Below are positions 19,227 to 29,696 of a DNA stretch of 52,791 nucleotides, one piece after another. Source of the DNA: Fibrobacterales bacterium (lineage in GTDB: Bacteria > Fibrobacterota > Fibrobacteria > Fibrobacterales > JAOPTW01). Below the pieces are notes generated by a model. It did no database searches and was not told where the DNA came from. It saw only the letters and a list, made by a program, of their open reading frames with translations. Every line of letters starts with the position of its first letter. The first letter of the stretch is position 1. Both the position numbers and the translations under genes were made by a program. The DNA is taken from assembly GCA_051532035.1 (NCBI GenBank), contig JAOPTW010000025.1:1-52791 (forward strand), given 5' to 3'.

Positions 19227-19298
19227 ATGAACTCTCCCCCATATATAGGCTAAAAAATGCTACATTTAGCCTCTAAAATACCCTTTTTGAGCGTTTTT

Positions 19299-20729
19299 AT
19301 GAATTATATATCGACCCGTGGCGGAATGGAGCCTCAACAATTTTCTGACATCCTTCTTGGTGGCCTTGCCCCCGACGGCGGTTTGACTATTCCAGAATCC
19401 TATCCCCAGTTTTCACTTTCAGAATTAACCGATATGGCTTCTCTCAGCTATGCTGACCTTGCCTATAGTGTCATTTCTAAGCTTGCCACGGATATTGACC
19501 CCACGGACCTTAAAACAATTATCGATGCTACCTATACTTCTAAAGTATATTGTAATGGCCGTGAAACTGAAAAAGCGACTGAAATTACCCCACTAACCAA
19601 ACTTGATGAGACACTCTTTCTACAAGAGCTCTCTAACGGCCCAACACTCGCCTTTAAAGATATGGCAATGCAACTCCTTGGCAACCTTTTTGAATACGTA
19701 TTAGAAAAACGCAATCAGTCCATTAACATTGTTGGTGCAACCTCTGGTGATACCGGTTCTGCAGCGGAATATGCGATGCGTGGAAAAAAGGGTGTCAATG
19801 TTTTCATGCTCTCACCGAAAGGTAAAATGAGCGATTTCCAACGCGCTCAAATGTTTAGCCTTCAAGACAACAACATTTTTAACATAACCATCCCTTCATT
19901 TTTTGATGGTTGTCAAGACCTTGTTAAAGCAGTCAACAATGATGCACGCTTTAAAAAAGAGTATCAAGTGGGCGCCGTAAACTCCATTAACTGGGGACGT
20001 ATTGTTGCACAAGTAGTTTATTACTTCAAAGGCTACCTCTCAGCCGCCCCAACTGTTGGCGATGCTGTCGACTTTACGGTACCTTCAGGTAATTTTGGCA
20101 ATGTTTGTGCGGGCCATATAGCACGTATGATGGGTGTCCCTATCAGAAACCTCGTTGTTGCGACAAATGAAAATGATGTACTCGACGAATTTTTCAAAAC
20201 TGGCGCCTACCTTCCACGCCCCGATAAAAAAGTGTTTCAAACCTCAAGCCCATCAATGGACATTTCAAAAGCATCAAACCTCGAACGTTTTGTTTTTGAC
20301 CTCGTCGGTCGCGATGCAAATAAACTCGCAGACTTCTGGAAAGATGTTGAATCCGGAAAAGGCTTTACTCTCGATGCAGCTACAACCGCAGAGATGAAAG
20401 AACGCTATGGCTTTCTCTCTCAAAAAAGTACACACGCTGAGCGCCTCGCCTCCATTAAAGAAGTATTCGAAACCTATAAACTCGAGATAGATACGCACAC
20501 TGCCGATGGATATCACGCAGCGAAAATACATCGCGACCCTAAAGTACCAATGGTCATAACCGAAACTGCACTTGCGTGTAAATTTAGAGAGTCCATTGTC
20601 GAAGCTCTCGGCACTGAACCCCATCGCCCCGAACATCTTAAAGGGATTGAGGATCTGCCTCAACGTTCATTCGACATTGAGAATGACATTGATGTACTTA
20701 AGAAATTTATTACGGATAATTTGAAATAA
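19299..20729 (+). CDS. thrC: Threonine synthase
   Basis: MNYISTRG, GLAPDGGL, GPTLAFKD (PLP Lys), ATSGDTG, NSINWGR, VPSGNFGN, SPSMDI. Confidence 0.97.
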   Translation: MNYISTRGGMEPQQFSDILLGGLAPDGGLTIPESYPQFSLSELTDMASLSYADLAYSVISKLATDIDPTDLKTIIDATYTSKVYCNGRETEKATEITPLTKLDETLFLQELSNGPTLAFKDMAMQLLGNLFEYVLEKRNQSINIVGATSGDTGSAAEYAMRGKKGVNVFMLSPKGKMSDFQRAQMFSLQDNNIFNITIPSFFDGCQDLVKAVNNDARFKKEYQVGAVNSINWGRIVAQVVYYFKGYLSAAPTVGDAVDFTVPSGNFGNVCAGHIARMMGVPIRNLVVATNENDVLDEFFKTGAYLPRPDKKVFQTSSPSMDISKASNLERFVFDLVGRDANKLADFWKDVESGKGFTLDAATTAEMKERYGFLSQKSTHAERLASIKEVFETYKLEIDTHTADGYHAAKIHRDPKVPMVITETALACKFRESIVEALGTEPHRPEHLKGIEDLPQRSFDIENDIDVLKKFITDNLK

Positions 20730-20750
20730 TATTTCAGTTCATAAGCTTTC

Positions 20751-20783
20751 AGCCAGACTCATCTCAATGGGTCTGGCTTTTTT
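20751..20783 (+). terminator. Intrinsic terminator after thrC
   Basis: AGCCAGACTC...GGGTCTGGCT plus T-tract. Confidence 0.8.
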
Positions 20784-21090
20784 AATTTCCAAACAACCAA
20801 ACTATCGGTATTTCTTCAAACAATACAACAATTTTACACTGCTTAACATACCTCCATCACAACCCCCTTCGCCTGTAAATTTATTTACACGACACACTAC
20901 AGTACAACCAAATTCCTCAACCTCTGTATCCCTAACTTTACTTGAATAGCCCACAGAGAATCCTACATTTGTAATCTATGGTACATCACCATTGCGTAAA
21001 CTCATCCCCTGTTACTCTTTATACAGACTGGACCTATTTAACTTAATGAGTTTATACAACCCTTAACGCCTCTACAAGAAAAACGATATA

Positions 21091-22464
21091 ATGACTTTTA
21101 TAAAAACAGCACTTTACATTTTAATCCTTACAGCCATTGCTCATGCACAACTCCCTCCAATCAAACGCATGCCCCTGGTACCATCAATGGGAACCAAGGG
21201 ACTCGCAATAGTAATTTCATTTACTGACACTCCTCACAAAAACAAAAGAGCACCATCCGCTATTGAATCAATGTACAACCAACCGGGCTATGCACGATAT
21301 GGCAACAATGGCTCAATACGAGATTATTTTATTGCAGTGAGTAATGGCGCACTGGATATATCACATACCGTAATCCACTATATCGCCGAGCACCCTAAAG
21401 AGTACTACGACTACCATCAACACCTGTCAGAACAACACACTCTTCTTGATGAAGTCCTAGAGTGGCTCACTAATGGAACCGGTATAGACCCAAGCCTCTA
21501 TGACAGTGATGCAAATGGCATTATCGACGCCCTCACCCTGCTTTACGCCGACACACCGACAGGTAACTGGGGGGATTCACTGTGGCCTCATGTGAGCACA
21601 TTGGAGCACACTCTTTCATGGAACGATCACACCGTTGATCGCTATGCAGTTATCCCGCTCTATACACACTCAATTGGCCAACTTACTATTGGAACCATCT
21701 GTCACGAACTGGGACACCTTCTTTTTGATTGGCCCGACATTATATCTTCCAATACTTCCGCTGCAAATCACATTGGCCTTATGGGCACCGGACTCAACCC
21801 GAGTAACCCACTCCCTCCTTCGCCACTCTATAGAAGTCACGAAGGGTGGTCTTCTACTCACAACCTACCTACAAACTACGATACCACTATTACCCTCTCT
21901 ACCCAGTTTAATGCCCCGATCTATACTATACAGAATCCTAAGAAACCGGGTGAATATCTTATACTTGAGTATCGCAAACAAGAAGAACGTCATGCAGCAA
22001 GTAACATGACAGGATTACTCATCTATCACATTGCTCCAGTCGACTCATCACTCTGCCAGAGCGAAAGCCCCTGTTTTCCAAAAACAACCTTACTCGATCA
22101 AAACAACCTCTATTGGGAAGACGGTACTGAAATACCTATTTCCTTTTCACTCGGGCGTACCTATGGAGCAACACTTTCACTTACTATTGAAAGTACTATT
22201 GCATTACCTGAATTACCTGAATTACCTACCCTCTCAACACCACTCTTTTCCCTTACCCAAACAGAGAACACTGTGACAATCACTTCAACTACTGATAGTC
22301 CTTTTACAGTAACCATTTTTTCTCTCACTGGAATAGAACTGGTAAGTAACACAGTCAGAAGCGAAACATATTCCATAGAGAAAAGAAACCTCTTCCCCGG
22401 AATAAACCATCTCTATATCAAGGGTAAAAACACCAGCAAACATTTTGCTATAGGGCAGTGGTAG
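21091..22464 (+). CDS. Secreted M6-family (immune inhibitor A-like) metalloprotease with T9SS-like C-terminal domain
   Basis: Signal peptide; NNGSIRDYF, WPH, TICHELGH zinc motif, LMG Met-turn, EYLILEYR; IFSLTG tail. Confidence 0.8.
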   Translation: MTFIKTALYILILTAIAHAQLPPIKRMPLVPSMGTKGLAIVISFTDTPHKNKRAPSAIESMYNQPGYARYGNNGSIRDYFIAVSNGALDISHTVIHYIAEHPKEYYDYHQHLSEQHTLLDEVLEWLTNGTGIDPSLYDSDANGIIDALTLLYADTPTGNWGDSLWPHVSTLEHTLSWNDHTVDRYAVIPLYTHSIGQLTIGTICHELGHLLFDWPDIISSNTSAANHIGLMGTGLNPSNPLPPSPLYRSHEGWSSTHNLPTNYDTTITLSTQFNAPIYTIQNPKKPGEYLILEYRKQEERHAASNMTGLLIYHIAPVDSSLCQSESPCFPKTTLLDQNNLYWEDGTEIPISFSLGRTYGATLSLTIESTIALPELPELPTLSTPLFSLTQTENTVTITSTTDSPFTVTIFSLTGIELVSNTVRSETYSIEKRNLFPGINHLYIKGKNTSKHFAIGQW

Positions 22465-22499
22465 CACTGTAGCTGCCTGAAGTAAGCCTCCCAATATAG

Positions 22500-22987
22500 A
22501 TTGACTCAGTCAAATGAGGACGATGCATCTCTATCACTCCCAACTATAAAGACTCATCGGCACAAAATGTTTTCAATTCTTCTTCATACCAGTCTAACTG
22601 GGCTTGAATACGATACGCTCGATTGGTATTTAAACCAACAAGCAGTGCATTTTGATGGACCCTACTCCACCACCGTTCTTCAAAGCCTGGGCCCCCATTT
22701 TGAGGAAGATCAAAATAATCATAATAAAATTCTGCGTCATTTTCATGGTTACCAATAGTTGGATAGACAGGTACTGCACCGAGAAGTGCGGCACTCTGTT
22801 CAAAAAAGCCTGTACGCCACTGAGCGTGTTCATCACCATCATCAACAACATCACCTGCAAGAAGTATAAATGCAATACTATCATTTAAATGACTGCCATC
22901 ACCGCCTCCAAAACTTGGTATAATGTCGTTATAGACAATTGAGCTGTAGGTGAAGGGAGTTCTTGTACTTTTTTGTGTATCACTCAT
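22500..22987 (-). pseudogene. Truncated metallophosphoesterase (purple acid phosphatase-like) remnant
   Basis: AGDVVD and GNHE motifs present; in-frame TAG at 22544-22546 followed by LGVIEMHRPH; no GHxH motif. Confidence 0.65.
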
Positions 22988-23055
22988 CCCAATAATAGCT
23001 AAAGAGATATTCTACGTATCTTAATTCCCTAATATCTAAAATAGATAAAGCGTAA

Positions 23056-24147
23056 CTACTCAACCCGCACTGCACTGGCCTTAAAAAGACAATAGACGAG
23101 TTGGCCTTTTCCCAAAGCCAAGCTCCGATAGGACTCAATCGAGATTACAGTGTACAGAGGGAACCCGCAATCGATCATGCAACGGACCTGTGTCCCCTCT
23201 ATAGTTAATTCTTTTATCACGCCTCGAATTTGATTCGCTGTCGAAATTCCACACACCTTCTTTTTTGCCAAAGAAATCGCACCGGGGTGAAGAGTACATT
23301 CAAAGAGAGTACCTTCAGGTCTTTCTTCAACACCAGCCCCAACAATAAAGAGTGCAACATCACTCCTAATAAAAGGGCGGGCCTCTACCACAACACTATG
23401 CCGACTCGATGCAGTAAGCTCATTTGATTGCCTGCCGTCTTTTCGAACCATAAACCGATTAATCACCGATGCGTTTTCGATACCACGCATACCAGAGTTA
23501 AACAAAAAATGATCTATAGAACCTTGCCATGCAACTGACCTCTCATCAATAGCTACTACACGTGCCGTGAGCCGCATAATATCGGCAAGCTCATGCGACA
23601 CAACCAATATAGGTATAGCATACTGCTCTTGAATTTTTTTAAGAAACGGAATAATCTGATAGCGTCTCTCGCTATCAAGTCCTGAAAATGGTTCATCAAG
23701 GAGTAACACATCAGGCTCTTGTAATAACGTACGCCCCAGAGCAACACGCTGTTTTTCGCCCCCCGAAAGAGTCTCAGGATAGGCAGTGAGAAGTATTGTT
23801 ATATCAAGTAATGCCGCCACTTCATGCAACCGGTCTGGATCTGGATTACTATAGCGTAAATTTTGCACAACGGTCATATGAGGAAAGAGCCGCCCCTCTT
23901 GAAATACCACACCCACGCTCCGTTTGTGAGGCGGTAGATAGACTCCCTTATCACAGTCAGTTAAGACTAACTCATTTAGGGCAATACTTCCTTTAATAGG
24001 GCGTACAATTCCCGCAATACAATTCAAAAGCGTACTCTTACCACTCCCCGATCGGCCATACACACCGGTAATACCATTTTCAAGATGAGTAGTATACGTA
24101 AAGGTTTCACCTCCTTGCACTACTACGCAATCTATCGTCAGACTCAT
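23056..24147 (-). CDS. modC: Molybdate ABC transporter ATP-binding protein
   Basis: GRSGSGKS, FQEGRLFPH, LSGGEKQR, LLLDEP, C-terminal TOBE/Mop-like STANQ...FKA. Confidence 0.93.
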   Translation of the reverse strand: MSLTIDCVVVQGGETFTYTTHLENGITGVYGRSGSGKSTLLNCIAGIVRPIKGSIALNELVLTDCDKGVYLPPHKRSVGVVFQEGRLFPHMTVVQNLRYSNPDPDRLHEVAALLDITILLTAYPETLSGGEKQRVALGRTLLQEPDVLLLDEPFSGLDSERRYQIIPFLKKIQEQYAIPILVVSHELADIMRLTARVVAIDERSVAWQGSIDHFLFNSGMRGIENASVINRFMVRKDGRQSNELTASSRHSVVVEARPFIRSDVALFIVGAGVEERPEGTLFECTLHPGAISLAKKKVCGISTANQIRGVIKELTIEGTQVRCMIDCGFPLYTVISIESYRSLALGKGQLVYCLFKASAVRVE

Positions 24148-24836
24148 AGGCGCCTCCGCTTGTTCTTGCTCCTACGAGTAATATAAGAAGCAACTATCAT
24201 AGAAGCAAATGCAAGGACTACCGAACAGAGTGTCACCCCTAAGGCCTCATTCTCTTTGCCCGGAGTCTGCATAAGGGCATAAATTTTAAGGGGCAGTGTT
24301 TGAGTTGCCCCTGCGATATTGCCTGCAAAAGTTATGGTCGCACCAAATTCACCGAGAGCCCGAGCAAAACCAAGAACAGCACCACTGAGTATCCCCGGCG
24401 CTACCAGTGGTAATGTAATAGTAAAAAACTGTCGTAAGGGAGTCGCCCCAAGAGTTGCCGCCGCTGTCTCAAGACCTTGAGGCGCCATTTCAAAAGCAGT
24501 TTGAATCGATCGTATAATAAGGGGAAATGAAACAATTACCGCAGCAATAATTGCGGCAGTCGAAGTGAAAGCCAGTTGTATCCCAAACAGATCAAAGAGA
24601 TAGGAACCAACGATTCCTTTTTTGCCAAGAGTAAGAATCAACAAATATCCTAACGCTACAGGCGGGAGCACCAAAGGTAACTGTAACACCGTATTAATAA
24701 TTGATTTCCCTGGAACGTCATAGGTGTGTAACGCCCAAGCAAACGCAAGAGCCACTGGAGTAGCAACTGCTATACTTATTAAAGCAACATAGAGAGAGAG
24801 GCCTATGACCTCTACTAATTCAGGTGAGAATATCAT
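24144..24836 (-). CDS. modB: Molybdate ABC transporter permease
   Basis: LPLVLPPVALGY, FARALGEFGAT, GNIAG.TQTLP; 4-nt overlap with modC. Confidence 0.95.
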   Translation of the reverse strand: MIFSPELVEVIGLSLYVALISIAVATPVALAFAWALHTYDVPGKSIINTVLQLPLVLPPVALGYLLILTLGKKGIVGSYLFDLFGIQLAFTSTAAIIAAVIVSFPLIIRSIQTAFEMAPQGLETAAATLGATPLRQFFTITLPLVAPGILSGAVLGFARALGEFGATITFAGNIAGATQTLPLKIYALMQTPGKENEALGVTLCSVVLAFASMIVASYITRRSKNKRRRL

Positions 24837-25604
24837 CTACTGTACAAACCCATATTTTTTAAAAACCTTTTGAGCGTTCTCAGTACCTAAAAATTGAAAT
24901 AATGCTGAAGCTTCTTCCGCTCCAGATATCTGCATTGCAGTATACGTTATGGATGAATGGCTCTGCTCAGGAAAAACCCCCAAAATACTCACTTTTTTAG
25001 ATCGCAGTGCATCACTTCTATAAACGATACCATAAGGCACTTCACCTGTTTCAACAGCCATAAGTGCTGAACGCACATCCTTCGTTGGCACCATATTCTG
25101 AGCAAGCCTCTCAAACCAACCATAGTAAGTAAGTGCCTCTTGTGCGTACTTCCCTGCCGGAACATGGGCCGGATCTCCAAGGGCTATTTTCCTCGTCAGT
25201 GTTGTGGCAAAAAAGAGAGACGCAGAATCTATGACAACAGCCTGAGCTCCATTCTGACCAATAAGTACGAGTCTATTATAGGTTATGGGGACGAGAGTGT
25301 GATTATACGCTAAACCGACACTATCAAGGTAGTGCGCCCATTGTGGGTTTGCCGAAATATAGAGGTCACCTGGAGCACCACTTACCAGTTGTCGTGCTAA
25401 GGTACCACTCGAGCCCTTGTTCACCAAAATTTTGATAGTATGCTTCTCGTTGTAGAGAGAAATCAGTTCCTCAATCACATCTGAGAAACTTGCGGCTACA
25501 TGCACTATAAGAGGAGAAGTATCCCTCTCTTTTTTTTGTTCATCACATCCTTGGATAGTCACCATAAATACAATGAATATGTGTAGCCAAACAATCTGTC
25601 TCAT
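24837..25604 (-). CDS. modA: Molybdate ABC transporter substrate-binding lipoprotein
   Basis: AASFSD, GSSGTLARQ, DLYISAN, NRLVL, VPAGKYA, DVRSAL, GIVY.SD; lipobox IQGC. Confidence 0.95.
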   Translation of the reverse strand: MRQIVWLHIFIVFMVTIQGCDEQKKERDTSPLIVHVAASFSDVIEELISLYNEKHTIKILVNKGSSGTLARQLVSGAPGDLYISANPQWAHYLDSVGLAYNHTLVPITYNRLVLIGQNGAQAVVIDSASLFFATTLTRKIALGDPAHVPAGKYAQEALTYYGWFERLAQNMVPTKDVRSALMAVETGEVPYGIVYRSDALRSKKVSILGVFPEQSHSSITYTAMQISGAEEASALFQFLGTENAQKVFKKYGFVQ

Positions 25605-25616
25605 AGTTTATTAATT

Positions 25617-25633
25617 AGCAACCTTTGTGCCAA
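25617..25633 (-). promoter_or_regulatory. Sigma54 (-24/-12) promoter of modABC
   Basis: Minus strand TTGGCACAAAGGTTGCT matches TGGCAC-N5-TTGCW with canonical GG-N10-GC spacing. Confidence 0.7.
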
Positions 25634-25986
25634 ACCCTTAGTGAGCCGTAGTACTCTAAATATAACCATCTCCACTCCTACTCTCTCACCAGAATGTCAT
25701 ATTAACCCATAAACATACAATTTTGTAATACAAAAGAGATTATATCACCCTTTTTAAAAATGAGGAAGGCTCTCATACATTCAAAAAATGGCTGTTACAA
25801 TCAGGTTATCAAACCAACAAAAAAACACCGTAGACAATGAATTTTGAGTCGTTAAAATTGGTGAAAACAATAAGAAAACGCGATGTTAAATGTCGAGTTA
25901 CAATCAATTACTGCCCTGTTTTTAATATAGGTTAAGCTCATACATACAGAAATACATATACATACATACTTGTCGTCGGGGGACAC

Positions 25987-28900
25987 ATGTCAAGATACAC
26001 TTTAAGGAGTTGGGCTTCCTTAGTAATTGCTCTATTTTTTTTCATACAATCACCACTCTATGCGCAGCGCGCGAATATCGCACTCAATAAAAGTATCACA
26101 ACCAATGATCCATCTCCACAGCATCCTTTGGAGCAAATGGTCGATGGTAATATTACGAGCCGCTGGGCAAGTCAAGATAATTCTGGTGGACCATGGCACA
26201 TTATCATTGATTTAGAGAGTACTTTTCTCATTGACTCTATCTACCTCGCCTGGGAAGCTGCTGGGGCAGAACACTTTACTATTGAAGTATCAACAGACAA
26301 CAACCAATGGCTAGAAATAGTAGATGAACGAAACACCGGAAGTAGTCCATTTAAAAATAGACTTACCTTCTCACCTGTTTCGGCGCAGTATATTAAAATA
26401 AACTTCCTAGTAAGATCTACAATATATGGCTATTCACTTTACGAAGCCGAAGTATACGGTGAAACGCCACATGACTATGTTGCCTCTCTTGAAATTGATG
26501 GACTCGAATCATTTTTAACTATGGGGAAAAATCGAACCTATGATGCTGCTGTTTTTAACGGTCAAGGCGCAGAGATCCCTATTAAAAGTAGTCATATCAA
26601 GTGGTCGCTTCATGAACCCGTTTTTGAAAGTGCACACCTCTCAACTGCTACTGGTGCAACAACCTCACTTACCCCTAATAAGCCCTACCAACAATTTACC
26701 TTACTTGCTGAGTATACTGATAAGGAATATTCAGGGTACACATTCTTTGACTCGATTCCCCTCTATATTAACCCTGATCCCAAAAGCTATAATGGAACCG
26801 TACGCTGTGATATGGTAACCGCACAAGACACCTGTATCACTCTCGATGATCTCAATAGCCTCTATTCCAACCTTCCTCAAAACATAACTCGTATTGCCGA
26901 TAAAGATCTCAATATCTGTCTACCTGAAGATGCAGTATTTACTACACCAGTAAATATTGTATTTGCTATTGATATGAGTGGGAGTATGACATTTACCAGA
27001 AATGACCCCACTTTTCTCACACCAGTAGCTGTAAGAAAAGCCATCGAGACCATCTATACAGAAGTACCTGAATCAAAAGTTGGATTTATGGGTTTTTCAG
27101 GAGGAGTATGCACAGGCAATACTAGCAAACACTCTGGTGACGGATACGGCAAAGGCCCAAGAAAAACAGAAAAACCAAGTACAACGGTATCTCCTAAATC
27201 GTTAGATCAAGTACAATTGGATTCCCTCTATTCTCAAACAACATACAATAAAGAAGACTACTGGTTTAACTGTGGATCTGAGTTTGGAGGCACGTCTTAT
27301 ACCGAAGCATTTACTCTTGCCACTGAGTGGCTCGAGCCGCTTGAAGCCGAGTCTATAAACAACAGTATTATTATATTTTTCACAGATGGTGACCCTGAAA
27401 GTGATAAAAATTTTCCCCAATATGTAGACGCTCATGATTCAAGCGACCACCCAAAAGTATACACCGTTGCACTACAAAGTACAATTAACGACAGTCTTGA
27501 AATATTTATCAAAAAAACAAAGGGTTCAAAAATACTCATTGATGATGATGATAACATTGACGGGGCAATTCAAGAAATTCTCAAAAATGCAATATCATCT
27601 ATCACTCCAGGTAATTTTACAGTAGCTAACAACACGCACTCCTACACTACTACTAATTTTTCCCTCTTTACCTCCAACGACAAAATGTATACTATCAATG
27701 GTGAGCTCATCCCCCTTACTGAAGACACGAATACCGTCACGTTCCAAGCAGTTGCAGAAGCAGATACCTCGAGTGCATTTTCTGCAACACTCGCGCTCGA
27801 CATTTCAGGTACACATCTAACCACCATTGGTAGACAGTCTATAGCCGGCACCCCCTTTGATGCAGTCTGTTATGAATCAGCAGCAATTTCTGTTACTGAC
27901 CAACAAGATTCCCTCCTCAATGAAATTACCTTTGAAACAAATCAGCTCAGTATAGCCCTTTCAACACCTTCATCAGTTGATGAACCAACGATAATTGCAT
28001 CAACAACAAAGGAGCGTGAAATCATTCAATTAGACACTACACGATTACCATACAGCAGCATCTCCTATTCCGTTGAAATTGTAGATATCTCGCACCAGGA
28101 AAACAGTGCATTTGAGCTTCAGGATAGTGCGCTACTCGCCTTTTTCTGGCGTAATCCTCTCGACCCGAGGGATAGTGCTGCAATCACCATACCTATCAAT
28201 GCTCCTTATATCGAGCCAATACCTGACCCCGAACCCATTCGTATTCCAAAACCAGAATTTTCATGGATATACGATGCTAATGCCGATGGTGCTGCTGACA
28301 GAATCGTAATCGCATTTGATACTGCACTCACACTACTCCCCACAATAGTTAAGTCGATACACTGGCCGAGCAATGAGACCCGATCTATTACAGCATCAGA
28401 AGATCATCTTTCTTTTTACACAGAGGCCGATAGTACGGATTATTCAAAAATCGTTGTGTCGTATCACACACAAAGCCCTTTTGAAAAAGGAATCACGCAA
28501 GCTGATGTCGATGAGCGTCCAAACCTTACGGTACTCGATCAAGAGGTCACTATCTTAGACCGCATTGGCCCCATTATTATTGATGCCAAAAAAAGTTCTT
28601 CAAATTTTGAACGGTATGCTGTTCAGCATATGGATGGCACCAAAAGCAATCACATTAAACCCGACACTCTTCGCATTACACTATCTGAAGCCATCGTCTT
28701 TGATGATACTTTAAAAAACTCAATTATCACCGTTACAAGAGATTCAACCAACGCAATCCCTACCCTTGCAGCTCCCCCTTATTCAGACGACGGTATTCAC
28801 TGGACCATCTATCTTGAGGTGAGCACAAGTACCAATACCATTCTTGTCAATAACCACATCTCACTCAACCCAGCTATTGCCATAACCGACTCCCTTGGCA

Positions 28901-29556
28901 ATAAAGCCCTGCAAGTAGAGCGCATAGTAACAGGCCTTGATGGTGTCGATAACAGTTCATTCGGTACATTCAGAGAAGCGGTTGTTCAATCTTCAGGAAG
29001 CTTGAGTACCCCAACCCTAACGACCATTGAAGTACCCGTATACTCAGAGTCAGGAGAGCTCATTTCTGGTTCTACTGAATTAATTGCTATTCCCCTTGCC
29101 CCTACCTGGGTTCCCCCTGTCACAGTACCTCCTCATTTTTCTCCCCAAGGTGACAACAGTACTATTGCGCAAACCTGTACCGACACTGAGACGGCTCAGC
29201 CATTTATTAAGGGGTGCCTTGCATCATACGCCCTTCTTACCCAAGAAGCCATGGGCCCCTACACCACCGAAGTATTTGTCTATAATAACCTCGGACAGTT
29301 TGTCACCCATTGGAAACAGTATTTTGGATATTGTGGTGAGTTCGAAAATGATCACCGTATAGCTCAAACTACTACAGAAGGGGCTTTTATTAACGACCTC
29401 ATATGGGACTTAACAGACGATGCTGACCGGGAAGTGGCAAGTGGCGTCTACTTTTGGAAGATTATTATGACCTTCAAATCGGGACAACAGGTTCTGTACA
29501 ATAGAGAAGTCGGTGTTCTCAATGACCGAGCATCATGTGCGAGTCAACTGTTCTAA
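25987..29556 (+). CDS. Large secreted protein: F5/8 type C (CBM32/discoidin) domain, vWA domain, C-terminal FlgD-Ig/sorting-like domain
   Basis: NIALNK...DGNITSRWAS...IIDL...LAWE...YSLYEAEVYG; MIDAS DMSGS/GGTSY/FTDG; VYNNLGQFV...WDLTD...VASGVYFW. Confidence 0.82.
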   Translation: MSRYTLRSWASLVIALFFFIQSPLYAQRANIALNKSITTNDPSPQHPLEQMVDGNITSRWASQDNSGGPWHIIIDLESTFLIDSIYLAWEAAGAEHFTIEVSTDNNQWLEIVDERNTGSSPFKNRLTFSPVSAQYIKINFLVRSTIYGYSLYEAEVYGETPHDYVASLEIDGLESFLTMGKNRTYDAAVFNGQGAEIPIKSSHIKWSLHEPVFESAHLSTATGATTSLTPNKPYQQFTLLAEYTDKEYSGYTFFDSIPLYINPDPKSYNGTVRCDMVTAQDTCITLDDLNSLYSNLPQNITRIADKDLNICLPEDAVFTTPVNIVFAIDMSGSMTFTRNDPTFLTPVAVRKAIETIYTEVPESKVGFMGFSGGVCTGNTSKHSGDGYGKGPRKTEKPSTTVSPKSLDQVQLDSLYSQTTYNKEDYWFNCGSEFGGTSYTEAFTLATEWLEPLEAESINNSIIIFFTDGDPESDKNFPQYVDAHDSSDHPKVYTVALQSTINDSLEIFIKKTKGSKILIDDDDNIDGAIQEILKNAISSITPGNFTVANNTHSYTTTNFSLFTSNDKMYTINGELIPLTEDTNTVTFQAVAEADTSSAFSATLALDISGTHLTTIGRQSIAGTPFDAVCYESAAISVTDQQDSLLNEITFETNQLSIALSTPSSVDEPTIIASTTKEREIIQLDTTRLPYSSISYSVEIVDISHQENSAFELQDSALLAFFWRNPLDPRDSAAITIPINAPYIEPIPDPEPIRIPKPEFSWIYDANADGAADRIVIAFDTALTLLPTIVKSIHWPSNETRSITASEDHLSFYTEADSTDYSKIVVSYHTQSPFEKGITQADVDERPNLTVLDQEVTILDRIGPIIIDAKKSSSNFERYAVQHMDGTKSNHIKPDTLRITLSEAIVFDDTLKNSIITVTRDSTNAIPTLAAPPYSDDGIHWTIYLEVSTSTNTILVNNHISLNPAIAITDSLGNKALQVERIVTGLDGVDNSSFGTFREAVVQSSGSLSTPTLTTIEVPVYSESGELISGSTELIAIPLAPTWVPPVTVPPHFSPQGDNSTIAQTCTDTETAQPFIKGCLASYALLTQEAMGPYTTEVFVYNNLGQFVTHWKQYFGYCGEFENDHRIAQTTTEGAFINDLIWDLTDDADREVASGVYFWKIIMTFKSGQQVLYNREVGVLNDRASCASQLF

Positions 29557-29564
29557 AACAGCAA

Positions 29565-29600
29565 TAGTGTACATATACAGTAACCGGTATATGTACACTA
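29565..29600. terminator. Perfect 14-bp hairpin after vWA gene
   Basis: TAGTGTACATATAC-AGTAACCG-GTATATGTACACTA. Confidence 0.6.
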
Positions 29601-29696
29601 ACCTTGTTTTTAAAGCCATCAACTACTTCTTGCTCCAAACCTTGTAAAAAATAAGTATCTTGGGATAATCAACCACTACATACTATAGGAACGATT

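Noticed and set aside
22204..22227. TTACCTGAA tandem repeat
   Set aside because: Encodes a short LPELPELP linker; too short to imply more
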